Part shown: piece by piece, positions 38,095 to 51,265 of the stretch
Numbering within the stretch: position 1 is the stretch's first letter
Layout of the letters: each line of letters begins with the position of its first letter
Assembly (NCBI GenBank): GCA_964016885.1
Contig: OZ024741.1
Span: 279,744,001 to 279,808,000, forward strand
DNA from: Eledone cirrhosa
Taxonomy: Eukaryota
Direction of reading: 5' to 3'
DNA: 64,000 nt
Position numbers and translations under genes: made by a program
The notes under the pieces: model-generated
The model's input: only the letters and a program-made list of their open reading frames with translations
Database searches by the model: none
Told to the model about the DNA's origin: nothing

Positions 38095-38540
38095 TTATTC
38101 AAAATAAATAGCTTTAGCACACAGTCATCGATAGGTGTAAAAGCTAAATTCGCTACCTTCAATTTGGTATTAATGTCTACCCTTACCTATGTTTATGAAT
38201 CTTGGGTAATGACTAAAAGAATACAATCATAAATACAAGCAGCCAGAATGGGCTTCCTCAGAAAGGTTGCTGGAGTAACATTACTCAATACAGTGCTTAG
38301 CTCGGCGATCCGAGTCGCTCCGCATCAAGAGATCACAGCTCTGGTACTAGAGTCCAAGGAAAGAACTGCAGGACAGATTTTATAGGCAAAGCCAAGAGGC
38401 AGGAGACACTGACCATGAGCAAACTTGGTTGGTCTTGCTTGGGGATACAGCCAGATTATTTGGAAGCAGTTACTTCCGATTGGAGTCTCTGGACTCTGCC
38501 CTTACGACCATCTCAAGAACAAGTGGAGATGGAGAAGGTT
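38095..38540 (+). mobile_element. Rex3/Expander-like RTE 3' fragment, same family as 1130-2298
   Basis: LTYVYESWVMTKRIQS*IQAARMGFLRKVAGVTL peptide; nucleotide similarity to 1150-1330 (minus) and 2093-2298. Confidence 0.8.
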
Positions 38541-38934
38541 CAAAACACAATTATAAGACACCAATGTGCGTCATCAAAACTGCCTTACATAGAAAATGCT
38601 TAACTATAAAAAAACAAAATCTATCTTCTTTTTTTAAAATTAGTATTTCACTTCCTTTATTTGTTTGTGTTTTGAGAACTGAGATACTGCAAATGCACCT
38701 TAATTAGGTCATTAATGCAAAGAACATTTAAGATTATTTTGCCTAAAAAGCACAATTAAGAAGAAAATAATAAAAATGAAATTGATATGTAGCAACATTT
38801 TAAGATGTTAAAAGCTAGCATTTAGAATTAAATTCTAATTTTACACAGATGTCTTTAACTTAATTCTTTTGTATTTTAATGAGAAATTCCAATATTTAAT
38901 CTAAAATTTAAACATCGACAGAAAGACTGTGGAA

Positions 38935-39112
38935 CAATGAGATACTGTCTGTGGTAGTAGATATATTATAAACAAACTATGGTACTAAGAGATACTAACT
39001 GTGGTAGTAGATATCTTAAACTGTGGTACTAAGAGCTACTGACTATAAAAATAGATATATTATAAACAAACTATGGTACAATGAGATATTGACTGTGGTA
39101 ATAGATGTTATA
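38935..39112. repeat. Degenerate tandem repeat
   Basis: Recurring ctgtggtagtagatatattataaacaaactatggtac. Confidence 0.65.
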
Positions 39113-39274
39113 AACAGCTGGCTGATGTGGATTATTATTGCGATACGGATATTGTCAGTCTATTATATTCCTAATACCAGTCTTAACTTTTATTTGAAGT
39201 GGTATGTGCTCACTGTGTTATTTTATTTACAAGATAGTTTTCATGTTTAGGTAAATTTCTTCCACAATCCACCA

Positions 39275-39434
39275 CTATAAATGAAACTTAAGGGTCAATC
39301 CACCTTGTGGTCCTGGCAGACAGGATAGAGAAGACATTGCCCTAGAGGACAGCAAGGGAGACACACTGGAACAGCTACTCCTCCTCATGGGGCTTGCACT
39401 TGCAGTACTTACGAGATTGGCCTCAATAGTGAAA
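39275..39434 (-). CDS. Ambiguous host exon: FHY* from the CAG acceptor, or ANLVSTASASPMRRSSCSSVSPLLSSRAMSSLSCLPGPQGGLTLKFHL* from a GAG acceptor at 39421; internal GTAAGT donor after 39413
   Basis: Branch/polypyrimidine-like ctaat..atgctttcag; GC-rich island ~250 nt downstream of the 39686 donor. Confidence 0.45.
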
Positions 39435-39685
39435 CTGAAAGCATATAATTAGCAGTTCAAGCATAAAAAGAAGAAAATGAGTACACTTGTTTCTTTTGAG
39501 AGAATGCTTTCTTCTAAATTAGGTACAGCATTTGATTAGATTTTCTCAATTGTATAGCAAATTGTACTAATACGCAATAAATAAAAATTGATTAATTGAA
39601 AAAAAAAAGAAAAAGAAAACCCAGATCAGTGGCATAGGAAAATAAACATGAGTGATATAACACAAGAAATGTAGATGTTTCTTAC

Positions 39686-39819
39686 CTCTTTCTTAGATAA
39701 AGATCTTAAATCATAACCAATGGTGCTACCACTACTATAGCGACTGCTGTATGTGCTGTAGGGTTTTGTCATGGAAGACAGAGGTGATGGATTACTTTCT
39801 TCAGGAACACTGTACAGAT
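39686..39819 (-). CDS. Host gene exon (134 nt, phase 1-0), DLYSVPEESNPSPLSSMTKPYSTYSSRYSSGSTIGYDLRSLSKKE
   Basis: Acceptor ttgatttctag|AT, donor GAG|gtaaga, open frame continuing exon 52399-52268. Confidence 0.85.
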
Positions 39820-42800
39820 CTAGAAATCAACCAAATAAACAAATGAAGAGGGTGTCATAAATTAATTGAAAACAATGAAATTACGCTTTGGGTTGGTTTG
39901 GATTTTAATGGGGTTTTTTTTCTTTAGCAAAGCAGCAATTTTGAATATGAATATCAACAATATGCCTATGGGAAAAATACTCCAGGGGAACATTCTACAA
40001 CACTAAGTACAAATATAGCAGGTTCTCATATATGTTATACGTATGTGTGTTGGACCTCGGTCGGTTCCAACAATGAGTTCCAGTTGATTTGATCAACCAA
40101 ACAGCCTGCTCATAAAATTAATGTGCAAGTGGTTGAATATTCTACAGACATGTGTAACCTCAATGTAGTTCTCAAGGGAATTCAGTGTGACAGAATGTGT
40201 GACCAAGCTGGCCCCTTGACTTACAGGTACAACTCATTTTTGAAAGCTGTGTGGACGGGAGCAATGTGAAATAAAGTGTCTTGCTCAAGAACACGAATTA
40301 TATCAACTAAGCTTATCCAAACAATATGTAAACAAACTCCTTCTGAGAGTATTTTAAATAGATAAACAAGCAAGAAAGATCAGCTGATCAAATCTAAGTG
40401 TCACTACATTTCCTATATTGCTCTCTCTATATAGTTTACTTTTAATATTGCCAACTGAGTAGAATATGTTAATAAAAGTCTAATAAAGCTGAAATACGCC
40501 CATTGCTTTCACCAGTAGGTTAAATAAAAAAAAAAAATAAAAAAAAAGGAGTTCAACTCCAATCTGTAGTGTTTATATTGTAAAAACAAATTCGATCAAC
40601 AGTTCTTATTGAATTTATCAATTTTGTTTTAGATTTTATTTATATACATCTAGAGAGAGTTTTTGCCTATGAATTGATTGGACAATCTTTGTTGATTTTC
40701 AACTCATTATATTACATATGTGAAACACTGCTATATTTGAAAATAATATTTGGTTTGTTCTATAAACGATTATTCAACACTTTCTGTCCACCATTAAATA
40801 CTTATCAGTTTCCCTCCCATTACAGTTGTATCACTTGTCTTATTTGCCCTTGGCAAATTAGGGAAAATCTGACAACCCTGACAAAATTTCAAAACTCAGA
40901 AGCATGGCATAATAATCATGAGACTGTTTTGTTTGTCTATGTAAATATGAATTTATATAAATGTTTAAACAAAGAATGGAGAGGAATCTTCAATTGTGTC
41001 AAGGACATGACAATCTCACTAGTGCAGGAATATATGTAAATGAAATGAGGCCCCAGCCCATCTAAGAGATTGGTGGCTCTGATTAAATACTGACTTGGTC
41101 TGTAATGTCTCACCCAACCCTTACTAACAGGGAAAATAGACATTAAATGATGATGATACAATAAAACCCAATAAACAGTATTAAACAGAAGTGAAAGATA
41201 TATTGATAAAGAAACATTTTAACTTGAAAGTAAATCAAAAGCTTGAATATCAGCTACAAAGGGAGGAAAAAGAGAGAGAAAAAGACAGTTTTAAATTAGT
41301 AACTTTATTGAAAAATAATTTTAGTATGTGGCACCTAGAAGATGCTTACTCTACAATTTTTTTTATTTAATTACTTGTTGTTTTCAATTACTTTAATGAG
41401 TACGGTAATTATCTCAGTCCAAAAACATCAACGAAGTTGCTTAAATTTCAAATTTGTGAGTTATAATTCATAGCATCTGCAAATCAAAAATTATAATCAA
41501 ATCATTATTGTAAATTAAAAAGACAATATGTCTGAAACAATGTTCTTCATGTAGACTTGGAGTCAAGAGTAATTTGCAGTGTAGATTCATAAAAACGAAG
41601 TCTACATGAATTGAAATTCTAGTAGGTTCTATAGTTTTGACATATTTGCCAGTTGTTTTTACTTCTATAGATTTTTTAATTGATCTGAATTGACAAAATC
41701 CCAGATCTCATTCACTTTCTGAGTGAGGTGGAACTCGTCAAATCAAATCAAGGAAACAATGTTTCCATTGGTCTTTCCAATTGCTGATACTATCTACCAG
41801 TCACAACTCCTGGTAGAAGAGCAATGTGAAATAAAGCGTCTTGCTCAAGGACAAAATAGATTACCTGGACTGGGAATCGAACTCACAACCTCATCCAACA
41901 CTAAGCCATGCACCTTCACTTCTATTAGTCAATAAAAAAAAAACAACATAAATGTCAGAACTACTATCCCATGTCCATTGTAAAATATCAGGTGGATGTT
42001 GCCCCACAATCCATAGAGTGGAATTGAAAATGCATCACCCTAAAGAGTAATGAAGATTTTCCAAAAGAGCCAGTCCATCTCATGGAGTCCATTCTTGCAT
42101 AAGGCTATCTCCATACCAATTACAGTAAGTAGAGAAGTGGTTCAGGGATCCCGGATGCTAGATGTTAAGCATCTCAAAACTATAGTGAAATTATGCTACG
42201 GGGTTACATGATAAACCTATCAGAGAGAAGTCAGTACTTTGCTCAGCTGACAGCCAGCTGGACAATTGTGCCTGGGTTTGATGCTGAATTCTCTGAGGTG
42301 CTGCTGGGAAAGTATCAGAATGGGAAAATTGTGGTGCCATCTAGCGTTTTGCTGTCCCTTTGATTTAAATGGGAAACTAGCTGTGTCCAAGCCATGTTTC
42401 ACAATCTCACTGAGAGCAGCTTATGATGGGAGGTGGCTAGATATAAGACATGACAGTCGATGAAAACTGATAGTGTCTAATGTGGACCTGTAAGAGAATT
42501 TTGATTTCTCACAAATTCAGCTTCTTTTACAAACATTTAGAAAAGCTAATATATTTTCTCAGCATATTTTGATGACAGATACAGTTTTTTTCAAGTAGAA
42601 ATATAAGGCTAAAAACAATGTTTAACTCCGACTAGAGAGAAGGCAAGAAGAAGCAAACAGAAAAAAGAGGGACAAGTAATAGTAAAGAAAGAGATTAATG
42701 GATTAAAGAAAAAGAGTGTAGAAATAAAAATTCTAAATATACAGGAAATTATGTCCTCTACTCCATATATTTTCCCATTAATATACTTTCTGTTTAGGAA

Positions 42801-43115
42801 AAGATATTAATGAGAAACAAAGAAAAGTAAACAAGTAAAATAAAATAAAATAAAATAAAATGCATTCTGAATTGATAGCCCAAGAGAAATCCATTGTATG
42901 GTGAATGTAACTAATATATTTCATAGATTACATATTTTATCTGAACTACTCCATATCAACAGTATTTCACAAACATAACCTCTCTTGACATGTGTTCAGT
43001 TTTATCAGGTTGTTAAAACAATATTCAAGTAGATATGTACAACCTTTCATCTTCACCTACCTACCAAACACACATACTTCTCTCTCTCTCTCTGTCTGTA
43101 CAACACACACACATA

Positions 43116-43191
43116 TAGAGTGGTCCAAAAGTCACTAGACTGTTTTAAAAATATAATTGAAATGGTCTAGTGACTTTTAGGCCACCCTGTA
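43116..43191. mobile_element. Tiny Tc1/mariner-type MITE
   Basis: gagtggtccaaaagtcactagac ... gtctagtgacttttaggccaccctg inverted ends in TA context. Confidence 0.65.
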
Positions 43192-43519
43192 TATATATTA
43201 CATATCCAGCCGACTCTGTAATGTTGTAGTGCTGGTGCCACCACAAAAAAAAGTATCCAGTCCACCCTGAAATGCTCCAAAGTGGTAGATGCTAGGAATG
43301 GAATCCACACATAGAAACAAAGCAAAACACAGAGCATAAGAGCCAGACATAGTCAAGATTCAGTGCATAACAGCCTTTCGAACCCATGCAAGCATGGAAA
43401 ATAGACATTAGGAGTGGTGTGCACAGGATTTAAAGAAGTCAAATTGTGGTCTATATTTTGTACTAACCCAGTCCATGTTAAAATACTTTAAACTATTTTA
43501 CATTCATTTTTTTTTTTTT

Positions 43520-44405
43520 AATCTCCTTTGTGAGGTTCTTCATGCTTGAAGTCTTTCTACTTTTACCATATCTTCCTTCCACTTGGAAAACCAGGCACAT
43601 CTGTTATACCCAGTTTTTCGCACAATTCAACTATTCTTCATTGTTTGTGCCCACTAACATTACATATCCAATGGAATGGATTAATTCCTTTCTAAACTTT
43701 GTTAATCTTAAGCATTCAATATCCATGTTTCAATATGATGCGATATCGCACTTTGTACGCAGGCATCATACAATTTACCCCTCTGCTCAGAAAAGAATCC
43801 TTTTATTGCCAACACAAGTGGTAGCAGCATAAGTAGTAGCTTCCTAAATTTTTTCCACTCAGTTCTTATTCTGATTACAATGCTTTTGTAGCTCACTCCT
43901 CCATTAAGTCATCTAAGTAACAGAAGCTATCAACTACTTCTATGGAGTCTTCTTTGGGTTGGAAAGAGTTTATTTCATTGGTACTCATTGCTAATTACAG
44001 CTGTGCATTTACTATATGCAAAATCGTTTCTCTTTTAGCCTGCTGTGATACCACTACCCCTGTTGTGCAGTCATAGTTCACAATCGGTACCCTGTATGGA
44101 TTTTCCCATATTCCTTTTCTGCATATGATATATGGTCATTTCCCAGATGATAACAGGGTCCTATCTTCTTTACTACTTACTAAGACTTTAGTTTGTGCTG
44201 AGGATATTCTGAAGCCTTTCAATTTCTTCGCTAAAGCTTCCACGCATTCAGCTATAAGTATCAGGCCATCACCATGGACAGCTAGTCTTAAATTCCTCTG
44301 TTATAGCCTAGAGAACTATAACAGAAATGGGCTGAGAACTGAGCCTTAGTGGATACTGACCTGTACACTAAACACACAGCCTGCTCTTACTTTGCAGGCA
44401 ACATC
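43520..44405 (-). mobile_element. Decayed RTE LINE fragment (PHD family)
   Basis: Peptides IRTEWKKFRKLL..GKLYDACVQSAISHHIETW and an RT motif-5-like QGSVLSP region, homologous to the 17778 ORF. Confidence 0.8.
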
Positions 44406-44873
44406 TTTATACATAATTATACATTATTATAGCTTTATTAAAGGAGTTTCCACCTATTTCATTTTTAATGTTCAAATCAATTACTGAACATAGATATTGG
44501 CAACCGGTAACATGAAATAATTTCAACCAATTCATTCAAAATAAAATTAAACCAATTTCAGATCTATAGCTTCTAAATTTTGTAATTGTTTATTTCAAAT
44601 TTTAAAAACTAGTAAGCTTTTCCCTTCAGTTTGAATTAACAGTGCCCATTGAATTTCCAAGGTTATTTTAAAAAAAACACTATAGGATTGCTGAAAGTTT
44701 ATACAGAACAACAAAATACATAATTAAAAAAAAAAATTATATTCTTTCTCAAGTATTTTAGTTCTTGAGATCGTATAAACTCCAAACATGTAACACTAAA
44801 GGTGCTGTCTAGGGAAAGAACGTTTCTGAAAACTAGATTCTTTGTTAAACACTTGTCATCTCTTCAACCTTAA

Positions 44874-45104
44874 CCCCTTTGTTACGAACCCGGCCAAAAC
44901 TGGCTCTAGTTCTATGAAATAAAGGCACCCATTTGAAAGGTTTCCAATTTATATTAAAATCTTCCAACATAATTTTATATAAGAACCCTACATTAAGTTA
45001 CTATCTGAGTCAAGAAATAAATAATTTTACTAAATTTTAGCAAATCCCTAAAAATTATTAATTGGAATAGAGTGTATTTCATTAGAAATACGGTCATGAA
45101 AGGG
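44874..45104. mobile_element. piggyBac-like MITE
   Basis: TTAA-cccctttgttac ... gtcatgaaaggg-TTAA. Confidence 0.75.
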
Positions 45105-45502
45105 TTAAAAGTTATCTAATATTTTCATCTTTGCATCAAAAAGGTGAACACATTCTAGAAAAAGCTATATTCTAGCCCACTTCTCTTCATTTTCTATTGT
45201 GATTATGTTATTAACATTATTGAAAATAAAAATACTAGATTTTTTTTTTATTACAAGCATTTAATTTTATTGGCGTCAGTATCTAGTTTGAATTGAATCA
45301 ATTTATTATTGATTAGAGCTGAAATATATAATATTTATTCCTATTTCTTCATCTTCATAGAAGTTTTTAATATACATTGAATTAGCTTAAATATTTAATT
45401 CATTTGATTTATATATAATACCAACAGAATTATGATTTTAATTTTCATAATTGATTTGGTGATTTTTTGCCAATTATTCTTATTATCATTATTATTATTA
45501 CT

Positions 45503-46085
45503 AGGGTGGTGGATTGGTAAATTTATTAGAGTGTCGGACAAAATGTTTGTGGCATTTAGTTATGGCCCTTTACATTCAAATCTCACTGGGGTCAACTTTG
45601 CTTTTCATCCGTCTGGAGTCAATAAAATAGAGTACCAGTGAAATATAGGTCGATGTAATCGACTTTCCCCTGTCCCTATAAATTGCTAGCCTTGTGCCTA
45701 AATAAGAAATTATTATTATAATCATACCAAGGGTGCTGATAGCATTTGTTCTGGCTTTTTATGTTCTAAATTTAAATACCTTCATAGTCAACTTTCCCTT
45801 TCATGCTTACAGGGTTGATAAAATAAAGAGCCAGTCAAGAACTGAGGTCAATATAATCGACTTTCCTTGTACCCCCAAATTACTAACTCTGTGCTTAAAT
45901 CAGAAACCATTATCATTAGTGCAGAGGATTGGCAGAATGATTAAAGCATCAGAAAAAATGTCTTGTGGTATTTGTTCTACTGAAATCAACTTTGCCATAC
46001 ATTCCTCTGGGATCAAGTACTGAGATTGATTTAATTGACTAACCCTTGCCACGAATTGTATGTCCTTGTGTTTATATTAGAAACA
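45503..46085 (+). mobile_element. Three tandem family-A SINE copies
   Basis: Repeated core and tail separated by short (ATT)n. Confidence 0.8.
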
Positions 46086-47249
46086 GCTATTATCACAACT
46101 TGATGCCAAGCATACAATCACCAAATGACCAATATAACATTTCCTATAACCTTTCCATTAACTTTATATTATGACTGACCAGTTTTCATAACACATTGGT
46201 GAAATTTATTAGATAAAATCAAAATATGTTTCTGGAAATGATCAGTTAATTTTTTCAATAATTATTTTATAAGAAATTTTGTTAGTTTCTTCAGGACCAA
46301 ATAAATCAGTTATGAGCAAACTGTAGTCCATTTGGCTATCTGAATGGCACACCTAATTTCAAAATTGCCTTGAACTTTTTAGTAGTGCAGCTCACTATAT
46401 GATAAGGCACATCCTATGTAGCCCACTGCTAAAAAAGTTTACCCATGCCTGGAATAAATGGTCTGTTAGGTGACATATTTCATTATCATGGAGATGATCA
46501 AAATGTTGAAAACAGAACCACAAGCAGTATATACATGGTTTTCTGAAACATAGAAAACCTATTTCCCATTTATTTGATGTGATTTTGTTGTTTCTGCATT
46601 TAAAGTAATTTTGACAATATTTGTAAATTCTATATTTTGAGAAGGTCGGTTACTTTTTTGTATAAATTTGTGTAATATGATATTATAACGACGGAGAAAT
46701 AATATGATGATCTAAATTGACTTGGTTTCTGAGTGGAACAGAAACCATTTAAATAATCTGTGAAATATATTTAGAGAAGATCTATATGCAGTACAGGAGC
46801 TGTTTGCTTTTTAAACAACTTACATGAAACTACAACAAAGTCAAAATTCAGAATCAGCCTAGATGAGGAAGCTGATATGAAGTGAGTTTTTAAAACATAA
46901 GTTCTAAATATTAATAGAATTTATATTTCAAAAATAAAAAAAAATTATCTTACTGAAATTAACCTGAAACAATGTGGAATGAAAAATTAGGTTTCTCTGC
47001 TTTTAGTTGTACATTTGAATAATTCAATGTTTTATTATAAGACAATGAAGTAAAGCTGTTTGTAAAATTAATGTGAAAATATGATATTTCAAAAACAAGA
47101 TCCCCTAAAATATTTTGGGCAACTCAAAGCTTTTGTTTCTTTTTCTAAAATTAAAAAGGTTCTGTAAGTAAATGCTTTGGAAATTCTAGCTTACTAGAAT
47201 AGTTTTAAACCAGAACAAATATATATATTCATTTACAGAATAAGTCACT

Positions 47250-48487
47250 ATACTTAGCTTTTGTTGACCTAGAGAAGGCCTTTGATAGGGTACCCCGATC
47301 TGTCATCTGGTGGTCCCTAAGGAAATTAGGTGTTGAGGAATGGCTTTTGAGGACAGTGTAAACTTTGTACAGAGGTGCTGTCAGTAAAGTGAGGGTAGGA
47401 ATGGAGTTTAGTGAGGAATTCCAGATATAAGTAGGAGTACATCAGGGTTCAGTCCTCAGCCCGCTCTTGTTCATTATAGTCCTCCAAGCCTTAACACAGG
47501 AGTTTAAAATTGGCTGCCCATGGGAACTTCTCTATGCTGATGATCTGGTTTTTATAGCAGAATAAGTAGAGGAGCTAGAGAATAAATTCTGGCTATGGAA
47601 ACAGCAGTTGGAATCAAGAGGATTGAGAGTGAACATAGCTAAGACAAAAGTGTTGATAAGTAGAAAAAAGGACAAAACTCTGATTCCATCAGGGAAATGA
47701 CCATGTTCGATATGTAGAAAAGGAACTGGCATAAATTCTATAAAATGTACACAATGCAGATCTTGGGTACACAAGAGATGTAATGTGATAGCAGGCAAAC
47801 TAACAGGTAGAAAAAACTAAGTATGCAGTAGATGTACAGGGAAATTTGACAGTAGTAATCGCAGTGATACACATTTTTCAAATGCAGGTGGGTTCTATAG
47901 AAGTGGTTGATAGCTTCCGGTACCTAGGTGATCAGATTAGCATGGGAGTGGGGTGTTCCGAGGCCATAGTCTCTAGAATAAGGACGGGTTGGAAGAAGTT
48001 TAGGGAGCTGCTTCTTCTGTTGACAAAGAAGGGGTTTCTCCCTGCGTATGAAAGGCCGGTTATATGATGCCTGTGTGAGATAAGCGATGCTGCATGGTAG
48101 TGAGACATGGGCAGCAACTGCAGAGAATGAAGCAAGCATGCAATGTCAATGTGCGTGAACGACCAAGCATAGATGAGTTGAGAAAGAAACTGTGTATAAG
48201 AGGGATAGGTTGTAGTATGCGGAGAGAAGACTGCGATAGTATGGACATGTGATGCGCATGGAGGATGACCGCTGGGTAAAGAGCCAAGAAATCCCTGTAG
48301 AAGGAAGACTCAGTAGAGGAAGACCACGAAAAACATGGGCAGAGGTAGTGAGAACAGACCTCAGATCGCTGAAGCTCACGGAGGAGATGATGAAGGACCG
48401 TGACAAGTGGAGAGATGCTGTGCTGAATAGGACCCGTCCCACCCTTGCAAGCAGGGAAAAGCAGATGTAAAATGATGAAGATGATGA
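47250..48487 (+). mobile_element. 5'-truncated RTE LINE with stops and frameshifts, PHD finger retained, short 3' UTR and (GAT)n tail
   Basis: LAFVDLEKAFDRVPRSVIWWSLRKLG, GVHQGSVLSPLLF, YADD, CSICRKG..CTQCRSWVHKRC, GRPRKTW. Confidence 0.92.
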
Positions 48488-48495
48488 TATATATA

Positions 48496-48765
48496 TCATC
48501 ATCATCATTTTTACGTCCACTTTTCCCTGCTTGCAAGGGTGAGACGAGAACTGATTCTAGCTCGATTTCTACAGCTGGATGCCCTTCCTAACACCAACCT
48601 CATTTACAGTGAGTGCTGGGTGCTTTTTATCCGTGGCACCTACACGACCACTTTGCAGTGGAATGATAGGGGCTCCAGTTCCTATCATCTCATTTCTACA
48701 GCTGAGTAAACTGGAGCAATGTGAAATAAAGTGTCTTGCTCAAGGAAACAACACATCACCCGGTC
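48496..48765 (-). mobile_element. Family-C SINE with RTE-type tail, tail-to-tail with the preceding LINE
   Basis: Reverse complement of the 54183-54560 element, including the acccttgcaagcagggaaaag tail. Confidence 0.8.
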
Positions 48766-49142
48766 TGAAAATGTCTATGCATGGTACTGGATACATTATT
48801 TGTACTGGTAATATTAACTGCTGATTCTTATCAACTATTTTGTCATTGAGTAACTACTGGAGAATATGATCATATGATCAATATTATTGTGTATTCATCA
48901 AAATTATTATTATTCATAAACATTTTATCTAAACCTGTTTTTTTTTTACTATAAAATGAAGTAAAGATGTTTGTGTCTTAAGTCACCAAATATTATCATC
49001 CTCACCATAATTATTTAACGTCCGTTTTCCCCGTTAGCAAGGGTTGGATTGGTCTTCACAGACCGAGTTTTTTACTGACCTCTCAGGTGGACTGGGGACC
49101 TGCATCTCACTTATACATGAACCTGCACTCTATATTTAAATA

Positions 49143-49310
49143 ATGGTTTCTGATTTAGGGACAAGGCCAGCAATTTTTGGGGAAGGGAAAGTCGATTAAA
49201 TAGACCACAGTACATAAGGATGAATGGCAAAGCGAACCTCGGCAGGATTTGAAATCTGAATATAAAGGGATGTAATAGTCCAATTCTCAAATGGTCCTGC
49301 CAGTTCACTC
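49143..49310 (-). mobile_element. Family-A SINE
   Basis: Core and tail on minus; flanked by a cactctatatttaaataat-like direct repeat. Confidence 0.75.
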
Positions 49311-50884
49311 TCTATATTTAAATAATATAATCATATAAAATTGATTATGAAAAGCAACAGGAAATAAGGTGTCTTGCTCAACAACACATGCTGCCCAATC
49401 CTGGAATCAAACTTACAACCATATGATTGTGAATCCAACAGCCTAACGACTAGGCTAACCTTCGCAGAACCCATGCCACTGTTATTAACACATTTCACTA
49501 ATTGTAAATAGGTATCATGTGAGAGTGTACCACTGCATAATTGACAGGTATGTCATTACATTGAAATACTGAGCTCAAATTATCCAAAGGGTATGGTTTG
49601 GAGAGATCCTTATTGATTCTTGAAATCAATAGCACTAATTGCTCATGTATAGATGCATTTGATTAGGGAGAGGTCAAAATATTGGCTCTATTTATCAATT
49701 AATATTGTTGATTAATTGAATACAGTCTTAATAAGATGTAGAAAGTATCAGTTTAGGTTTATAAGAACCCACAACTAATTAAGAGGGAAAAAATATGTCT
49801 CAAAGAAAATAACTAAAATATATTTTTAAAGTTGTTTTTCCTTCCTAGTTTTCTTTTACATTATTGTATTATAAAATATAAATGGATACTATAATATATT
49901 TCGTAAAATTGTGGGAATCTCAAACAGAAATCGCTGCAAAACAGCCAGCTGTTTGATGATCCTAGCAAAGAGTTGACTGAAACATAACCTCTTATGAAAG
50001 AAAGAACGATGAGAGAAGAAGAGAGAGAACAAAAGGAAGAGAGCATGTAGCTTATGATGAGAGATAGGATATATCATCATCATCACTGTTTTACGTAAAT
50101 TTTATCATGCTGGCATGGTTTAGACGGGTTGTCCTATTGTGGGCAATGCTAGGTCAGGTGACCATGTCTTACACATACAGAACTGATATTGGCTTCGTTT
50201 CTATAGCTGGATGCCCTTCCTAATACTAACCTGATTTACAGTGAGTACTGGGTGCTTCTTGTGTCACCAACATGACCACTTTACAGTGTGGACTGAGTGC
50301 TTTTTGTTGTGACACCTACACAATCACTTTACAGTGTGGGCTGGGGACTTCACTAGATGTATACATTGTACTGCCTCGTGGGAGATGTATGGGAGATTGG
50401 GGTGGGGTGGTGCATACTGTATATATGCTTCGGCCTGTGCTTGTAGGGAGTCGGGTCTTCTGTATCATTGCGTAATGAAAGAGATCTCCGTCCTGTGTCA
50501 TCGCCGATGAAAGATGAGATATATATATATATATCATCATCATCATTTAATGTCCATCTCCCACGTTAGCATGGGTTGGACAGGTTTGTCCCACTTGAGG
50601 CAAGAAAGGCTGGGTGACCGTGTCTCGTTTGTACAGAACTGTTGCTGGCAGGTTTTCTATGGCTGGATGTCCTTCCTAACACCAACCACATTTACAGTGT
50701 GGACCGGGAGCCTTTTTACCGTGTCTCCTACATAACCACTTTACAGTGTGGACTGCATGCTTTTTGTCTTGTCACCTACATGACCACTTTACAGTGGATG
50801 GAAGTGGGAGGGTGGAGTAAGGAGTGTGGGTAGGGTGTATATTGGGTCAAGAGGTGCCTACTGACTGTAGGTTTAAGTTCATAT

Positions 50885-51265
50885 GTAAGGGGGCTCTGTC
50901 AAAGGCTTTCTCCAAGTCAACAAAAGCTAAGTTAGGTGGTTTACTTTTAGCTAGGTACTTCTCCTGTAGTTGCCGTACAAAGAAGAGAGCATCTGTGGTA
51001 CTTTTACCTGGCACAAACCCAAACTGCATTTCATCTAGATCAATTCAATCTCTAATCAGTTGTGTAATAACTCTTTCTGTGACCTTCATGACCTGGTCAA
51101 CTAACTTAATGCCTCTATAGTTTCCTCTATCTAGGGAGTCTCCTTTACCCTTGTAACCACTGAAGTTGTAGTTGCTACGCCAGTCAGTTGGTATGACCCA
51201 ATTCTGTATTATTTAATTTACTATCCTGGTGACCATAGTATGTCTCACAATTCCAGATGCTTTCG
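50885..51265 (-). mobile_element. RTE LINE internal RT fragment
   Basis: MQFGFVPGKSTTDALFFVRQLQEKYLAKSKPPNLAFVDLEKAFDR, near-identical to the 17778 ORF. Confidence 0.9.

Noticed and set aside
41960-42470. GC-richer segment, possibly an old Tx1/L1-type LINE
   Set aside because: Only a faint GSGIPD-like motif; too decayed to support a call.
49945-49990. TTGATGA..GAAAC hammerhead-like string (also ctgatgagtcc at ~29227)
   Set aside because: Stems II and III and the cleavage triplet cannot be formed.
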